In this document: positions 48,040-57,590 of the stretch, piece by piece
Layout of the letters: each line of letters opens with the position of its first letter
Position numbering within the stretch: the stretch's first letter is position 1
Translations under genes and position numbers: made by a program
The notes under the pieces: generated by a model
Told to the model about the DNA's origin: nothing
Databases searched by the model: none
The model's input: the letters and a program-made list of their open reading frames with translations, nothing else
From: an uncultured Alphaproteobacteria bacterium
GTDB taxonomy: Bacteria; Pseudomonadota; Alphaproteobacteria; ATCC43930; CGMCC-115725
Length of the DNA stretch: 64,000 nt
Reading direction: 5' to 3'
Assembly (NCBI GenBank): GCA_963695605.1
Contig: CAVOHI010000013.1
Location: 9,598 to 73,597 of the forward strand

Positions 48040-48579
48040 ATGGTACGCAAGCTTTTGTTCCTCTTGCCGGCGGCGCTGTTCGCCGTGTTGGTGGTCGCAT
48101 TTGCGGTCGGTCTGAGGCATGATCCGCACCTGCTCCCATCGGCATTGATCGACCGCCCGGCGCCCGATTTTGCCTTGCCCGGTCTTTTCGAGAGCGCCAA
48201 CGGGTTGACCCGCTACGATCTCGATGGTCGCGTGACGCTTGTCAACTTTTTCGCGTCCTGGTGCGCCCCGTGCCGCGAAGAGCACTCGGAGCTGATGGCG
48301 TTGGGCCGCCTTCCCGGGGTCACACTCGACGGTATCGCATATAAGGACAAACCGGAAGAGACGCGCCGATTTCTGGAACGTCTCGGCAACCCCTTCGGCC
48401 ATATCGGGGTCGACCGGAACGGCACGACAGCGATCGATTTTGGAGTTTACGGTGTTCCGGAGACGTATGTCGTGGACGCGACCGGCCACATCCGTTATCG
48501 CCACGTCGGCCCAGTGACCGCCGAGGATGTCAAAAGCGAAATCCTGCCCCTCATCCAGCAACTCGGTCGCGCCGAGTAG
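48040..48579 (+). CDS. ccmG: Thiol:disulfide interchange protein DsbE/CcmG
   Basis: N-terminal TM anchor, FASWCAPC redox motif and GVYGVPETYVVD. Confidence 0.88.
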   Translation: MVRKLLFLLPAALFAVLVVAFAVGLRHDPHLLPSALIDRPAPDFALPGLFESANGLTRYDLDGRVTLVNFFASWCAPCREEHSELMALGRLPGVTLDGIAYKDKPEETRRFLERLGNPFGHIGVDRNGTTAIDFGVYGVPETYVVDATGHIRYRHVGPVTAEDVKSEILPLIQQLGRAE

Positions 48580-48593
48580 CTCGCGCTCGGCAG

Positions 48594-49157
48594 TCAGGGT
48601 TCCGACTCTCGGTCTTCGCTAGAGACCTCGGCGAGAAAGCCGGGAAGATCATGCCAACCATAAGCGATAGCCTCGATCGTCGTGCCGCCGACCGCGATTG
48701 GCTTTCGGCTCACTTGGTGGGCGCCGAGTCGCTCGTAGAAGAACCGAGACGGATTGTCGCGCAGCACCCAAAGGATCGCCGAACGGCGGCCTGACGCGAC
48801 GAGCCGGCGGAACAAGGCGATCAGCAGCCTTCGCCCGATCCCTTGGTTCTGCCGATCCGGGGCGACGTAAAGGGTGAACACTTCGCCAGTGAAAGAGCGG
48901 TCTCCGCGGTTGGGCCCGCAGCTGCCAAAACCGAGGATGGCGCCGTTCGACCCTACGGCCACGCGTACATCCCGCGGCTCCCGCAGGATCACGCCGCGCC
49001 ACCCTGCCTCGCGGCGCCGTTCCGACAATCCGACGAGGTAGGCCGTGGAGAGCACCCCGGCGTAAGTCGTGCGCCAGGTCTCGACATCGAGGCGGGCAAT
49101 ACCGCGCGCGTCTCCCGACCGCGCCGGCCGGATCGTGATCTCACTCATGACCGCCAT
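48594..49157 (-). CDS. GNAT-family N-acetyltransferase
   Basis: ITIRPARSGDARGIARL...LYVAPDRQNQGIGRRLL (acetyl-CoA-binding Q/RxxGxG motif). Confidence 0.8.
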   Translation of the reverse strand: MAVMSEITIRPARSGDARGIARLDVETWRTTYAGVLSTAYLVGLSERRREAGWRGVILREPRDVRVAVGSNGAILGFGSCGPNRGDRSFTGEVFTLYVAPDRQNQGIGRRLLIALFRRLVASGRRSAILWVLRDNPSRFFYERLGAHQVSRKPIAVGGTTIEAIAYGWHDLPGFLAEVSSEDRESEP

Positions 49158-49282
49158 TTTGCCCGGTTTCGCGCGCCGAGGGGAGAGCCATGCGAGGCGA
49201 GGGATGCCTGGGTCGAGGTTCCTGCGGCTGCGTAATGCGTTGCCGCGTGGCCTTGCAACGCCGGCCCCGTTATGGTGCCCCT

Positions 49283-49849
49283 ATGAGGGGATGTCGGCTG
49301 CTTCATTTCAGCTTTGTTGCCGGGCTGCTACTCTCGATTTCTGCTGCGGGCTATCCCGGGAACTCAGAGAATCCAGGTACTGCCGCGTCGTCCCCGGCGG
49401 GGATGCCCGCCGAGCGGCTTGGCGGCCTCGCATGGACGGCCTACGCCTACCAAGCGAAATCCAGCAAGGTGTGCTATTTGGCCGGTGAAGCGAAGAAGAG
49501 CGAGCCAACCGGGGTCAAGCGCAAACATCCCTTGGCCATGGTAACCCATAGGCCGGGTGAGAAGATCGCCAACGTCGTCAGTTTCATTGAAGGCTATCCG
49601 CTCAAGGAGGGTAGCGATGTGTCGCTCGATATCGGCGGTGCGAAATTCGATCTGTTCACCAAGGGCGACAGCGCCTGGGCGCGGACACCCGAACTCGACA
49701 AGTCAATCGTCGAGGCGATGGCCAAAGGAAAGCAGGCGATTGTCAAGGGCACACCGCAGAAAGGAAAGGCCACCACGGACACCTATTCGCTCGCCGGCTT
49801 TGCCGAGGCCCTCGCACTGATCGACAAAGCCTGCGACGTGAAGCGCTGA
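49283..49849 (+). CDS. Invasion-associated locus B (IalB) family periplasmic protein
   Basis: Signal peptide, then WTAYAYQAKSSKVCYLAG...DIGGAKFDLFTKGDSAWA...IVEAMAKGKQAIVKGTPQKG...YSLAGFAEALALIDKAC. Internal ATG at 49283. Confidence 0.72.
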   Translation: MRGCRLLHFSFVAGLLLSISAAGYPGNSENPGTAASSPAGMPAERLGGLAWTAYAYQAKSSKVCYLAGEAKKSEPTGVKRKHPLAMVTHRPGEKIANVVSFIEGYPLKEGSDVSLDIGGAKFDLFTKGDSAWARTPELDKSIVEAMAKGKQAIVKGTPQKGKATTDTYSLAGFAEALALIDKACDVKR

Positions 49850-49879
49850 GCGGCACCGCTCCCCATATAACGGCGAGCC

Positions 49880-50992
49880 ATGCTGACCGAGGATTTATCC
49901 GAACCACCGCGTCGCAACCTTGTCGGTTTGGGCCGTGATGCGCTCGCCGCCGAAATGGCCGAATTTGGCGCCGAACCGTTCCGCGCACGCCAGCTCTGGC
50001 ACTGGATCTATCGTCGGGGCGCCACCGATTTCGCGGCGATGACCTCGTTGTCGAAGCCGTTCCGCGACAGGCTCGCGGCACGCTACATGCTGCAGCGGCC
50101 GGCGATATCGAGCGCGCTCGCCTCGGTCGACGGAACCCGCAAATGGCTCCTGCGCTTTGCCGATGGCGAGGAGGTCGAGACGGTCCATATCCCGGAGGAG
50201 GATCGCGGCACCTTATGCGTTTCCTCCCAGGTCGGCTGTACGTTGACCTGCTCCTTCTGCCACACCGGCACACAGCGGTTGGTGCGCAATCTGGCGTCGG
50301 ACGAGATCGTCGGACAGGTGATGATCGCGCGGGATGCGCTCGGCGAATGGCCGTCGCCGCAAGATGACCGGCAGGTGACAAACATCGTTTTGATGGGAAT
50401 GGGCGAGCCGCTCTACAATTACGAGAATGTCGCGGCCGCCTTGAAGATCGTTATGGACGGGGAGGGTCTGTCGATCTCGCGGCGCAAGATCACGTTGTCG
50501 ACCTCCGGGGTGGTTCCGATGATCCGCCGCTGCGGCGCCGAGCTGGCCGTCAATCTCGCCGTCTCGCTGCATGGGGTGCGCGACGACATACGCGATCGCC
50601 TGGTGCCGCTCAACCGCAAATACCCGATCGTCGAGCTGCTCGAGGCGTGCCGGAGCTATCCGGGGGCGAGCAATGCCCGCCGCATCACCTTCGAATACGT
50701 CATGCTGAAGGGCATCAATGACAGCCCGGCCGATGCGCGCGAGTTGGTGCGGCTGGTGGGCGGCATTCCCGCGAAAATCAATCTGATCCCGTTCAACCCG
50801 TGGCCGGGCGCGCCCTACGAGTGCTCTCCGGACGCGGCGATCAAGGCCTTTTCCGACATCGTCTTTGCTGCCGGCTATTCGGCGCCTGTGCGCACGCCGC
50901 GCGGCCGCGACATCCTTGCCGCCTGCGGCCAGCTGAAATCGGCGAGCGTCAGGGTGCGCCGGGGCGAGCGACCGCCACTGCCCGCCGCCTGA
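49880..50992 (+). CDS. rlmN: 23S rRNA/tRNA (adenine-C2)-methyltransferase RlmN (radical SAM)
   Basis: [11 protein letters not shown]...[18 protein letters not shown]...MGMGEPL...LAVSLH...[11 protein letters not shown]...[11 protein letters not shown]. Confidence 0.93.
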   Translation: MLTEDLSEPPRRNLVGLGRDALAAEMAEFGAEPFRARQLWHWIYRRGATDFAAMTSLSKPFRDRLAARYMLQRPAISSALASVDGTRKWLLRFADGEEVETVHIPEEDRGTLCVSSQVGCTLTCSFCHTGTQRLVRNLASDEIVGQVMIARDALGEWPSPQDDRQVTNIVLMGMGEPLYNYENVAAALKIVMDGEGLSISRRKITLSTSGVVPMIRRCGAELAVNLAVSLHGVRDDIRDRLVPLNRKYPIVELLEACRSYPGASNARRITFEYVMLKGINDSPADARELVRLVGGIPAKINLIPFNPWPGAPYECSPDAAIKAFSDIVFAAGYSAPVRTPRGRDILAACGQLKSASVRVRRGERPPLPAA

Positions 50993-51025
50993 CTGCTGTC
51001 GCTGCCGCGCTTTCGGTTACCCCAC

Positions 51026-51826
51026 GTGTGGTATGCGCTTCTCGGATCTGCGCTCGCCGCCTATGGGGCGCTGGTCGGCGGGCTTTATGTCTTTCAACGC
51101 CATCTGCTCTACTTTCCCGACGGCGCGCGCCCCCAGCTTGGGGATTTCGCCGCGCTCGGCGTCCGCGAAATTACACTAAACACGGCCGACGGGCTGTCAC
51201 TGCTCTCCTGGTATCTGCCGCCACGTGATGGCCGCCCGGTCATTGCATATTTTCACGGCAATGGCGGCCATATCGGATACCGCGCCGAGCGCCTGCGGTG
51301 GTTTGCCCGCAACGGGTACGGGGTGCTGATGGCCGAGTACCGCGGCTATGGCGGCAACCCAGGGATGCCGAGCGAACCAGGCCTGATCGCTGACGGTGCC
51401 GCGGCTCTTGATTTTCTCGGTGGCCAGGGGATCGCGCCGAAACGGCTCGTGATCTACGGCGAGTTTCTCGGATCGGGAGTCGCCGTGCCCTTGGCCGTGC
51501 AGCGGGCGATTGCCGGGCTGATCCTGGAGGCGCCGTTCACCAGTGTCGCCGAAGTCGCCCAATATCATTATTCCCTTATCCCAGCCGCCGCGTTGGTGCG
51601 GGACCGGTTCGACTCGCTTGCGCGGATCGGCCAAGTCAAGGCTCCGATCCTGGTTCTTCACGGCGAGCGAGACCGGATTGTGCCGGCGCGGTTCGGCCGC
51701 GCGCTTTTTGACGCCGCGCCAGAACCGAAGGAGTTGTGGATCGCCGGAGAGGCCGGTCACGAGAACCTCGTCCGGTATGGCGCATTCGAGGCGATCCTCG
51801 ATTTTTTGCAGCGTCGGGTCGGCTGA
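51026..51826 (+). CDS. Alpha/beta-fold hydrolase
   Basis: 266 aa with FHGNGG and GEFLGSG (nucleophile-elbow-like, although the expected GxSxG serine reads F-L-G here). HGERDRIVP. GTG start. Confidence 0.75.
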   Translation: MWYALLGSALAAYGALVGGLYVFQRHLLYFPDGARPQLGDFAALGVREITLNTADGLSLLSWYLPPRDGRPVIAYFHGNGGHIGYRAERLRWFARNGYGVLMAEYRGYGGNPGMPSEPGLIADGAAALDFLGGQGIAPKRLVIYGEFLGSGVAVPLAVQRAIAGLILEAPFTSVAEVAQYHYSLIPAAALVRDRFDSLARIGQVKAPILVLHGERDRIVPARFGRALFDAAPEPKELWIAGEAGHENLVRYGAFEAILDFLQRRVG

Positions 51827-52022
51827 CTTGCCTGACTCTGTGGACGGTTTAGGGGATAGAGTCGCTATCCTGGGGGTAAGCCTGTGGGCAACGATTTTAC
51901 CGCTTGTACCGGAAATTTCCGGCGATAAGCTCCCTCGCGTGGTTGACACGGTGGACTCGAGGCCGTGGCCGACGGGTCGGCGGGCCAATTCAGGGGGAAA
52001 ATGGGAGCCCTCAGACCACACC

Positions 52023-52051
52023 AGGGGCGGTCCATTCGGACCGCCCCTTTT
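52023..52051 (+). terminator. Rho-independent terminator (plus-strand orientation)
   Basis: aggggcggtcc-attc-ggaccgcccct followed by tttt. It lies about 200 nt downstream of the hydrolase stop and 16 nt from the stop of the convergent ABC-2 permease. Confidence 0.65.
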
Positions 52052-52066
52052 GACTTCTGGGAGACT

Positions 52067-53020
52067 TCAAGCCCGGATCTCCTGGCGTTGGAAGGCGACA
52101 TAGGCAATCGCGAAAATGACGATCATTCCAGCGATGAGGCCAGTCATCTGCGGCCAGACGAGAATGAAGCTCTGCGCGGCCGGCAACGGCGTGCCGAGCA
52201 AGGCGCCCTGAACCTGGCTGTAAAAGACCGGTCCGAGGGCGCGGGTCGCCGGCTGCAGCAATGCGAGGGCGATTTCCGCAAAGAGCGTATTCGGCGAGAT
52301 CCGGTCCAGAACTTGTGAGATCTGTAGATAGCCGAGGTTCGGGCCGAAGATCCCTTCCGGCGGGCCTGCAATCAATGTCGCGACGAGCGGCGTGACAACC
52401 GACCAGAACAACGAGAACAAGAGCCATACGCCGAGAGCGGCAAGCGCCGCGGTGGCGGGGGCGCGGAACACCACCGAAAAGAGAAAGGCTACCGCCAGCC
52501 AGACCCCGCCATAGGCGATCGTCGCGACGAGAAACCCCAGCATGCGGAGCATCTCTTCGGTATTGGGCGGCAAACCGAGAAGCAACAGGCCGAGACCGAT
52601 TGTCAAGAGCCACAGCGAGAACAGGCCGATCGCCAGCGCCACCAGCCCGGCGAGAAATTTCCCGAGCAGGAGGGCGTCGCGGTAGATCGGCTGCGCCAGC
52701 ACCCGGCTCAAGGTACGGCGGTTGAATTCCCCGTTGATCGCATCGAAGCCGATCGCAATCGCGACCAGTGGGATCAGAAACCCCAACAATGCGATAAAGG
52801 ACGGTAGCGGATCCTGCGCCATCGTAAGCAAGCGCAGGAAAAGGAATGGGCTCTCGCCGATGCTGGCCCGGATCGACAGGATCGCGGCATAGGCGGCGGC
52901 AATCGCAGTCAGAAAAACCAGGGCTTCGAGGACCCACATCCGGGCCCCCGAAAGATAGTCCGCGGCCTCCTTGGCGACGACGACCCCGACCCCGGTGAAC
53001 GGCGAGCCTCTACGCCGCAT
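52067..53020 (-). CDS. ABC-2-type transporter permease
   Basis: 317 aa, polytopic and hydrophobic, with the ABC-2-like motif [24 protein letters not shown]. Overlaps the upstream ATPase gene. Confidence 0.72.
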   Translation of the reverse strand: MRRRGSPFTGVGVVVAKEAADYLSGARMWVLEALVFLTAIAAAYAAILSIRASIGESPFLFLRLLTMAQDPLPSFIALLGFLIPLVAIAIGFDAINGEFNRRTLSRVLAQPIYRDALLLGKFLAGLVALAIGLFSLWLLTIGLGLLLLGLPPNTEEMLRMLGFLVATIAYGGVWLAVAFLFSVVFRAPATAALAALGVWLLFSLFWSVVTPLVATLIAGPPEGIFGPNLGYLQISQVLDRISPNTLFAEIALALLQPATRALGPVFYSQVQGALLGTPLPAAQSFILVWPQMTGLIAGMIVIFAIAYVAFQRQEIRA

Positions 53021-53948
53021 CGCGGACCTCGTCGAAATAGCGGGTATAGACTTCGTTGAGGCTCGGCTCGGCGAAGCGGATGCCTAGCAGGTCCGATGAC
53101 GGGGCGAGGCGCCGCGCGATCTCGGCGCGCAGGTCGCTTTCGCAGTCGACCCGGTAGAGTTCGGGACCCAGAGCCTGCACCCGGACCGCACCCGGGACCG
53201 CGGCGAGGTGAGTACGGACAGCGGCGCCGCGAGCCTCGACATCGATCACATACCCGCCGCCCAGCACGCGGTGAGCCAGATCGGTCACGCTGCCCGACAG
53301 CGCGATGCGTCCGCGATTGAACAGGGCGACCCGGTCGCACACGCTCTGCACCTGGTCGAGATGATGCGAGGATAAGAGAACCGCGGTGCCGTCAGCCTTG
53401 AGCCCTCGGATCATGCCGAGAAATTCTTGGGTCGAATGTGGGTCCAATGTTGCCGTCGGCTCGTCGAGGATGGCGATGCTCGGGCGCTTCATCAGCACCT
53501 CGGCAAGCCCGAGGCGCTGGCGCATTCCGCGCGAGAACGTCGCGACCCGGTCCCGCCCGACATCGGGCAATCCGACTCGCGCCAGCGCTTCAGCAAACCT
53601 CTGGTCGATCTCGCGCCGTGACAATCCGGCCAGCCGCGCGGTATAGGCGAGGTTGTCGCGGGCCGAGAGCCCGTCGTAGAAGCCGACGGAATCGGGGAGA
53701 TAGCCGACCCGGCGCTTGACTTCGAGCGGGTCGCGCAACGGGTCGAACCCGGCCACTTCGGCACGCCCTTCGGTCGGTTCGGTCAGCCCGAGCAGCATCA
53801 GGATCGTCGTCGTTTTTCCCGACCCATTGGGCCCGAGAATGCCGACGATCTCGCCGGCGCGGACGTCGAGATCGATGTGGTCGACGGCCACCGTCGCGCC
53901 GTAGCGCTTGGTCAGTCCCTGCGCCCTGATGACGATTCCCTCAGCCAT
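53010..53948 (-). CDS. ABC transporter ATP-binding protein (ABC-2 subfamily)
   Basis: [31 protein letters not shown] and SSHHL. Confidence 0.88.
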   Translation of the reverse strand: MAEGIVIRAQGLTKRYGATVAVDHIDLDVRAGEIVGILGPNGSGKTTTILMLLGLTEPTEGRAEVAGFDPLRDPLEVKRRVGYLPDSVGFYDGLSARDNLAYTARLAGLSRREIDQRFAEALARVGLPDVGRDRVATFSRGMRQRLGLAEVLMKRPSIAILDEPTATLDPHSTQEFLGMIRGLKADGTAVLLSSHHLDQVQSVCDRVALFNRGRIALSGSVTDLAHRVLGGGYVIDVEARGAAVRTHLAAVPGAVRVQALGPELYRVDCESDLRAEIARRLAPSSDLLGIRFAEPSLNEVYTRYFDEVRDAA

Positions 53949-53999
53949 ATCATTCTGCCTTCACTGAGGCCGGTGGGTGAGGGTCTGTGCCCATCCTGG

Positions 54000-55184
54000 T
54001 CAACGCCTGCCGAAGCGGGCGACGGCGAAAACGACGACCAGCAACGAGACTGCGATGACGCCGATCCCGACGGCACCCCACAGGGTCGAGGTCAGGACCG
54101 TGATGCGGAAGTTCGCCGATTCGGACTGACCACCGGCCGCATTGGCGCGGATCGTCGTTTGATAATCACCGGCAATGGCACGTGGCGACGGGGTCAGGCT
54201 GACCTTGATCTGCTGCGATTTCCCAGCTGCCAACTCGGGCAGCTGCTTGGGATCGAAGCTCGTCTTCCAGCCCTCGGGTGCCGTCGCGCTGAAGTCGACG
54301 TCGTGCGCCGCTTCGCTGCCGTCATTGCGAACGACGACGGTCAATTGCCCGTCCTGGCCGGCATAGGCCTCGCCGCTGAGACGCCCGCCCTCGCCGGCCA
54401 ACGCCAGCCGCGGCTGGCCGACGATCGTGATGGCGAGATCGAGATCGGCCGAAGCCGCCTCGCTCTTGGCGTGCAGCGCGAGCTTGTAATCTCCGGCTGG
54501 CGTGTCACGCGGCAAAGCCACCGAGGCTTCGATGTCCTTTGATTTGCCAGCCTCGATCGGAATGCTGGTGAGCTGCTGGCTGCCATAAGCTTCAGTGAAG
54601 GTGACCTGGAAGTTCTTCGGTGCGTCTGCACTGAAATTGATCGTCGCGTCGCGCCCGCTGTCATTCCCGACAGTCACTCGGAACTTGAACGAAGTCGTCG
54701 CGGTGCCGCGCAATGATGGGAAGTTGGTGGTGAGTTTGAGCTTGGCCGGAAGCTCCTGCCCGATCGTGACGGTGATCGGCAGCTTGAGATCGCTTCCCTC
54801 GCCCTTGGCATCGACGAGAAAACGGTATTCGCCCGGTCCGGTACCAGTGGGCGGCTCGAGCCGCAGCTGCAATTTCTCTTCGGTATCGGGCGCCACGATC
54901 GCCGATTCGACCGGCTGGCCGCCACCGAGGATCATTGCCTTCCAGCCTTGAGCGACATCCGGGACCGAAAGAGCCAATTGCTCCGGGGGGTGATTGAAGT
55001 TGCGCAACGACAGATCGATCGTCGTGGTCTCGCCGGCGCGGACGGTCAGCGCAGGATAACGTGTCGTCAAGAAGACGCCGGAGATGCCATTCGAGGGCTT
55101 GTCCGCGGCGCCGGCCGCTGCCGCCGTCAATAGGACGAAACATAGTGCGGCAAGGCGCAGCAACATCCTCGACACCTCCGACAC
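54000..55184 (-). CDS. Secreted, C-terminally membrane-anchored protein with repeated NEW3/CARDB-like Ig-fold modules
   Basis: Signal peptide. There are about 4 repeats of the pattern 'L..N....a..v.....aP.gW...f.p......ag.s..v...v.P...a.aGdY' (e.g. APEGWKTSFDPKQLPELAAGKSQQIKVSLTPSPRAIAGDYQTTI). C-terminal TM helix WGAVGIGVIAVSLLVVVFAV. Function unknown. Confidence 0.62.
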   Translation of the reverse strand: MSEVSRMLLRLAALCFVLLTAAAAGAADKPSNGISGVFLTTRYPALTVRAGETTTIDLSLRNFNHPPEQLALSVPDVAQGWKAMILGGGQPVESAIVAPDTEEKLQLRLEPPTGTGPGEYRFLVDAKGEGSDLKLPITVTIGQELPAKLKLTTNFPSLRGTATTSFKFRVTVGNDSGRDATINFSADAPKNFQVTFTEAYGSQQLTSIPIEAGKSKDIEASVALPRDTPAGDYKLALHAKSEAASADLDLAITIVGQPRLALAGEGGRLSGEAYAGQDGQLTVVVRNDGSEAAHDVDFSATAPEGWKTSFDPKQLPELAAGKSQQIKVSLTPSPRAIAGDYQTTIRANAAGGQSESANFRITVLTSTLWGAVGIGVIAVSLLVVVFAVARFGRR

Positions 55185-55296
55185 GAACCACTGACCTGGT
55201 AACGGGAACCTTGGCGCGCTGAAATACGTCAGTCGGCAGCAGGAGCGAAATTAACAATTTTTCATGTTGTCGGGCAAATCGGGCCGCCAAAGCGGG

Positions 55297-56106
55297 TCAG
55301 AAGGCGCTTCCAAAATTACGCGCGAACCAGCCTTTGGTCGGTGAACCTGGGGTGCCGGATGTGACGAGGGAATAGGCATCGACATACCACTCATTGCCCG
55401 GGTAATTGTGGCCGAGCACTGCCGCATTCTCTTTGGCCTCGTCGGTGAGGCCGAGCGCCAAATCGCACTCGACGAGGCGTTCCAGCGCTTCGGGAACATG
55501 CGTCGTCGTCTGAAAATTGTCGATGACCCGTTTAAACCGGTTCATCGCTGCCAGATACTGTCCCCGCTTCAGATAATAGCGGCCGATCTCCATCTCCTTG
55601 CCGGCAAGATGATCCCGCGTAAAATCCAACTTCAGCTTGGCGTCTCGCGCGTATTTGCTGTCGGGAAAGCGCCTTACGACGTCGTCGAGCGCCTTTAGAG
55701 CGAGTTCGGTGGTCTTCTGATCGCGACCGATATCGACGATCTGCACGTAATACGAGATCGCCTTCAAATAGTAGGCATAGGCGATGTCACGATGGCCTGG
55801 ATGAAGTTGAATAAACCGATCAGCCGCAATGATCGCTTCACCGTAATTTCCCGCCTCGTACTGAGCATAGGCCGACATCAGCTGGCTTTTCGTGGCCCAG
55901 ACGGAATAGGGGTGCTGACTTTCCACTTCCTCGAATGTCTTGGCCGCCGTGGGGTAGCGCTCCTCGACGAGTTCGTCCATGGCCTTGTTGTAGAGATCGT
56001 CAACCGGCTTCTCGACATAGGCCTCCTTTTTGGCGCCGCCGCACGCAGCCAGCGCGCCAATCAGCGCGGCCAAGCCGAACCAGCGAAATAAGGGCAACAA
56101 ACGCAT
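55297..56106 (-). CDS. bamD: Outer-membrane protein assembly factor BamD
   Basis: Lipobox IGALAAC with TPR-like repeats (YNKAMDELVEERYPTAAKTFEEVESQHPYSVWATKSQLMSAYAQYEAGNY...RFPDSKYARDAKLK...YYLKRGQYLAAMNRF). Internal ATG at 56106. Confidence 0.88.
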   Translation of the reverse strand: MRLLPLFRWFGLAALIGALAACGGAKKEAYVEKPVDDLYNKAMDELVEERYPTAAKTFEEVESQHPYSVWATKSQLMSAYAQYEAGNYGEAIIAADRFIQLHPGHRDIAYAYYLKAISYYVQIVDIGRDQKTTELALKALDDVVRRFPDSKYARDAKLKLDFTRDHLAGKEMEIGRYYLKRGQYLAAMNRFKRVIDNFQTTTHVPEALERLVECDLALGLTDEAKENAAVLGHNYPGNEWYVDAYSLVTSGTPGSPTKGWFARNFGSAF

Positions 56107-56183
56107 CGGCCTGCTCTGGAGAGGAATGTTGACGCGCCGGTTATAGCACAACTCGCCAGCGAACGAGCAAGCCGGCGCGCCCG

Positions 56184-57113
56184 TCAATCGCCGGCGAGCT
56201 GGAGCCCGTCCTGCCATTCCAGCTCGCCGCGATGTGTCGATCGGCTCACAGTGGTGTAGCACCAGGCCTCACCGTCCGCGAACAGCGCCGAGAGCAGGCG
56301 CCGGGTATGGGAATGCCCGGAGCGCACGCCGCGGAAGGATCCAAGCAGCGGAGCCCCGGCGAGATAGAGGTCTCCGAAGGCGTCGAGGAGCTTGTGCCGC
56401 ACGAACTCGTCGGCATAGCGCAACCCGCCGACGTTCAAGACATGATCGCGACCGACGACCACGGCATTGTCGAGCGATCCGCCGCGCGCCAAGCCCGCCG
56501 CCCGCAGCCGGTCGAGCTCGTCCAGAAGTCCGAATGTCCGCGCCCGGCTGAGTTCCGTCTTGAAGGTGTCCGAATCGAACATTAGACAAATGTCTTGCCG
56601 GCGAATCAGCGGGTTGTCGAAATCGATCTCAAAGCTCATCGAAAAACCGTGATCGGGGAGCAGCGCGGCCGTGGCACCGTCTTCGGTGACGCTAACTTCC
56701 TTCAGCACTTTGATCGCGCGCCGTGCGGCATCTTGTTCGACAACCCCGGCGCACTCGATCAGAAACAGGAAGGGCGCGGCACTCCCATCCATGATCGGCA
56801 CTTCGCAGCCATCGAGCTCGATGATCGCATTGTCGATGGCGGCACCGGCCAACGCCGCCATCAAGTGCTCGACCGTGCCTACCGTGTTTCCCTCGCCGTT
56901 GGACAGCACGGTAGAGAGCGGCGACCCGATCGTATTGGCCCAGTTTGCGCGAATCTCGACCGCCGAACCGGCTCGGCGGAACACGATACCCGTGTCCGCG
57001 GCGGCGGGGTGCAATGTCATTGCCACCCTTTCGCCCGAATGAAGTCCAATTCCCCGGCAGCCGATAGCTGTTTTCAGCGTCTGCTGAGACGCCGTCGCGA
57101 TATCCCCCAACAT
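56184..57113 (-). CDS. lpxC: UDP-3-O-acyl-N-acetylglucosamine deacetylase
   Basis: [21 protein letters not shown]...[17 protein letters not shown]...[10 protein letters not shown]...[17 protein letters not shown]. Confidence 0.93.
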   Translation of the reverse strand: MLGDIATASQQTLKTAIGCRGIGLHSGERVAMTLHPAAADTGIVFRRAGSAVEIRANWANTIGSPLSTVLSNGEGNTVGTVEHLMAALAGAAIDNAIIELDGCEVPIMDGSAAPFLFLIECAGVVEQDAARRAIKVLKEVSVTEDGATAALLPDHGFSMSFEIDFDNPLIRRQDICLMFDSDTFKTELSRARTFGLLDELDRLRAAGLARGGSLDNAVVVGRDHVLNVGGLRYADEFVRHKLLDAFGDLYLAGAPLLGSFRGVRSGHSHTRRLLSALFADGEAWCYTTVSRSTHRGELEWQDGLQLAGD

Positions 57114-57229
57114 GCGACAGTCTTCTATAAAGTGGTCCCCTGACGAGGGGGAAGCTACTTTTGCCCTGACTTCACCTCAAATCACTCTTTGTTGCGAATT
57201 GTTGCACCGCCGGAAGGATGTTCCAGGGG

Positions 57230-57575
57230 CTAGTGAAGACCCTCACCGCCTCGCTTTGCTCACCCCCTTTGCCGCAATGAGCGCGTGAAAGAAACACCCA
57301 GCGCTAGTTTATACGCTTCCCCGGCGAAAGCCGGGGCCTATCGTTCCACGACACGAGCCCAACCGCTGACAGGGCACTGCGATTGCTTCAAGGAAATTCC
57401 AAGCGGTGGAGGAATGGGCCGGCTTTCCCCACGGAACTAGTCCGTGGGCTGAAGGCCACGGGAAGGCGAGGGAAATTTTTGCTGATTACATTTCAAGCGC
57501 GATTTCTTCACAATGCTCAACGCGGGAGAGGGGCTAGCAACCCCCTAACCCTCCCTGAAAACCGCGAAAGTTAGG
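57230..57575. repeat. Cluster of REP-like palindromic elements in the ftsZ-lpxC spacer
   Basis: Hairpins: ccccggcgaaagccgggg (57320-57337); ccacgg-N7-ccgtgg-N8-ccacgg (about 57429-57461); gggagagggg...cccc..ccctccc (57525-57556). The 63-aa track ORF here is just their translation. Confidence 0.5.
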
Positions 57576-57590
57576 GTGGCGCCGGCAAAT

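Noticed and set aside
57383-57574. 63-aa ORF in the ftsZ-lpxC spacer
   Set aside because: It is the translation of stacked palindromic REP units. It lies on the opposite strand to the surrounding operon and has no start context.
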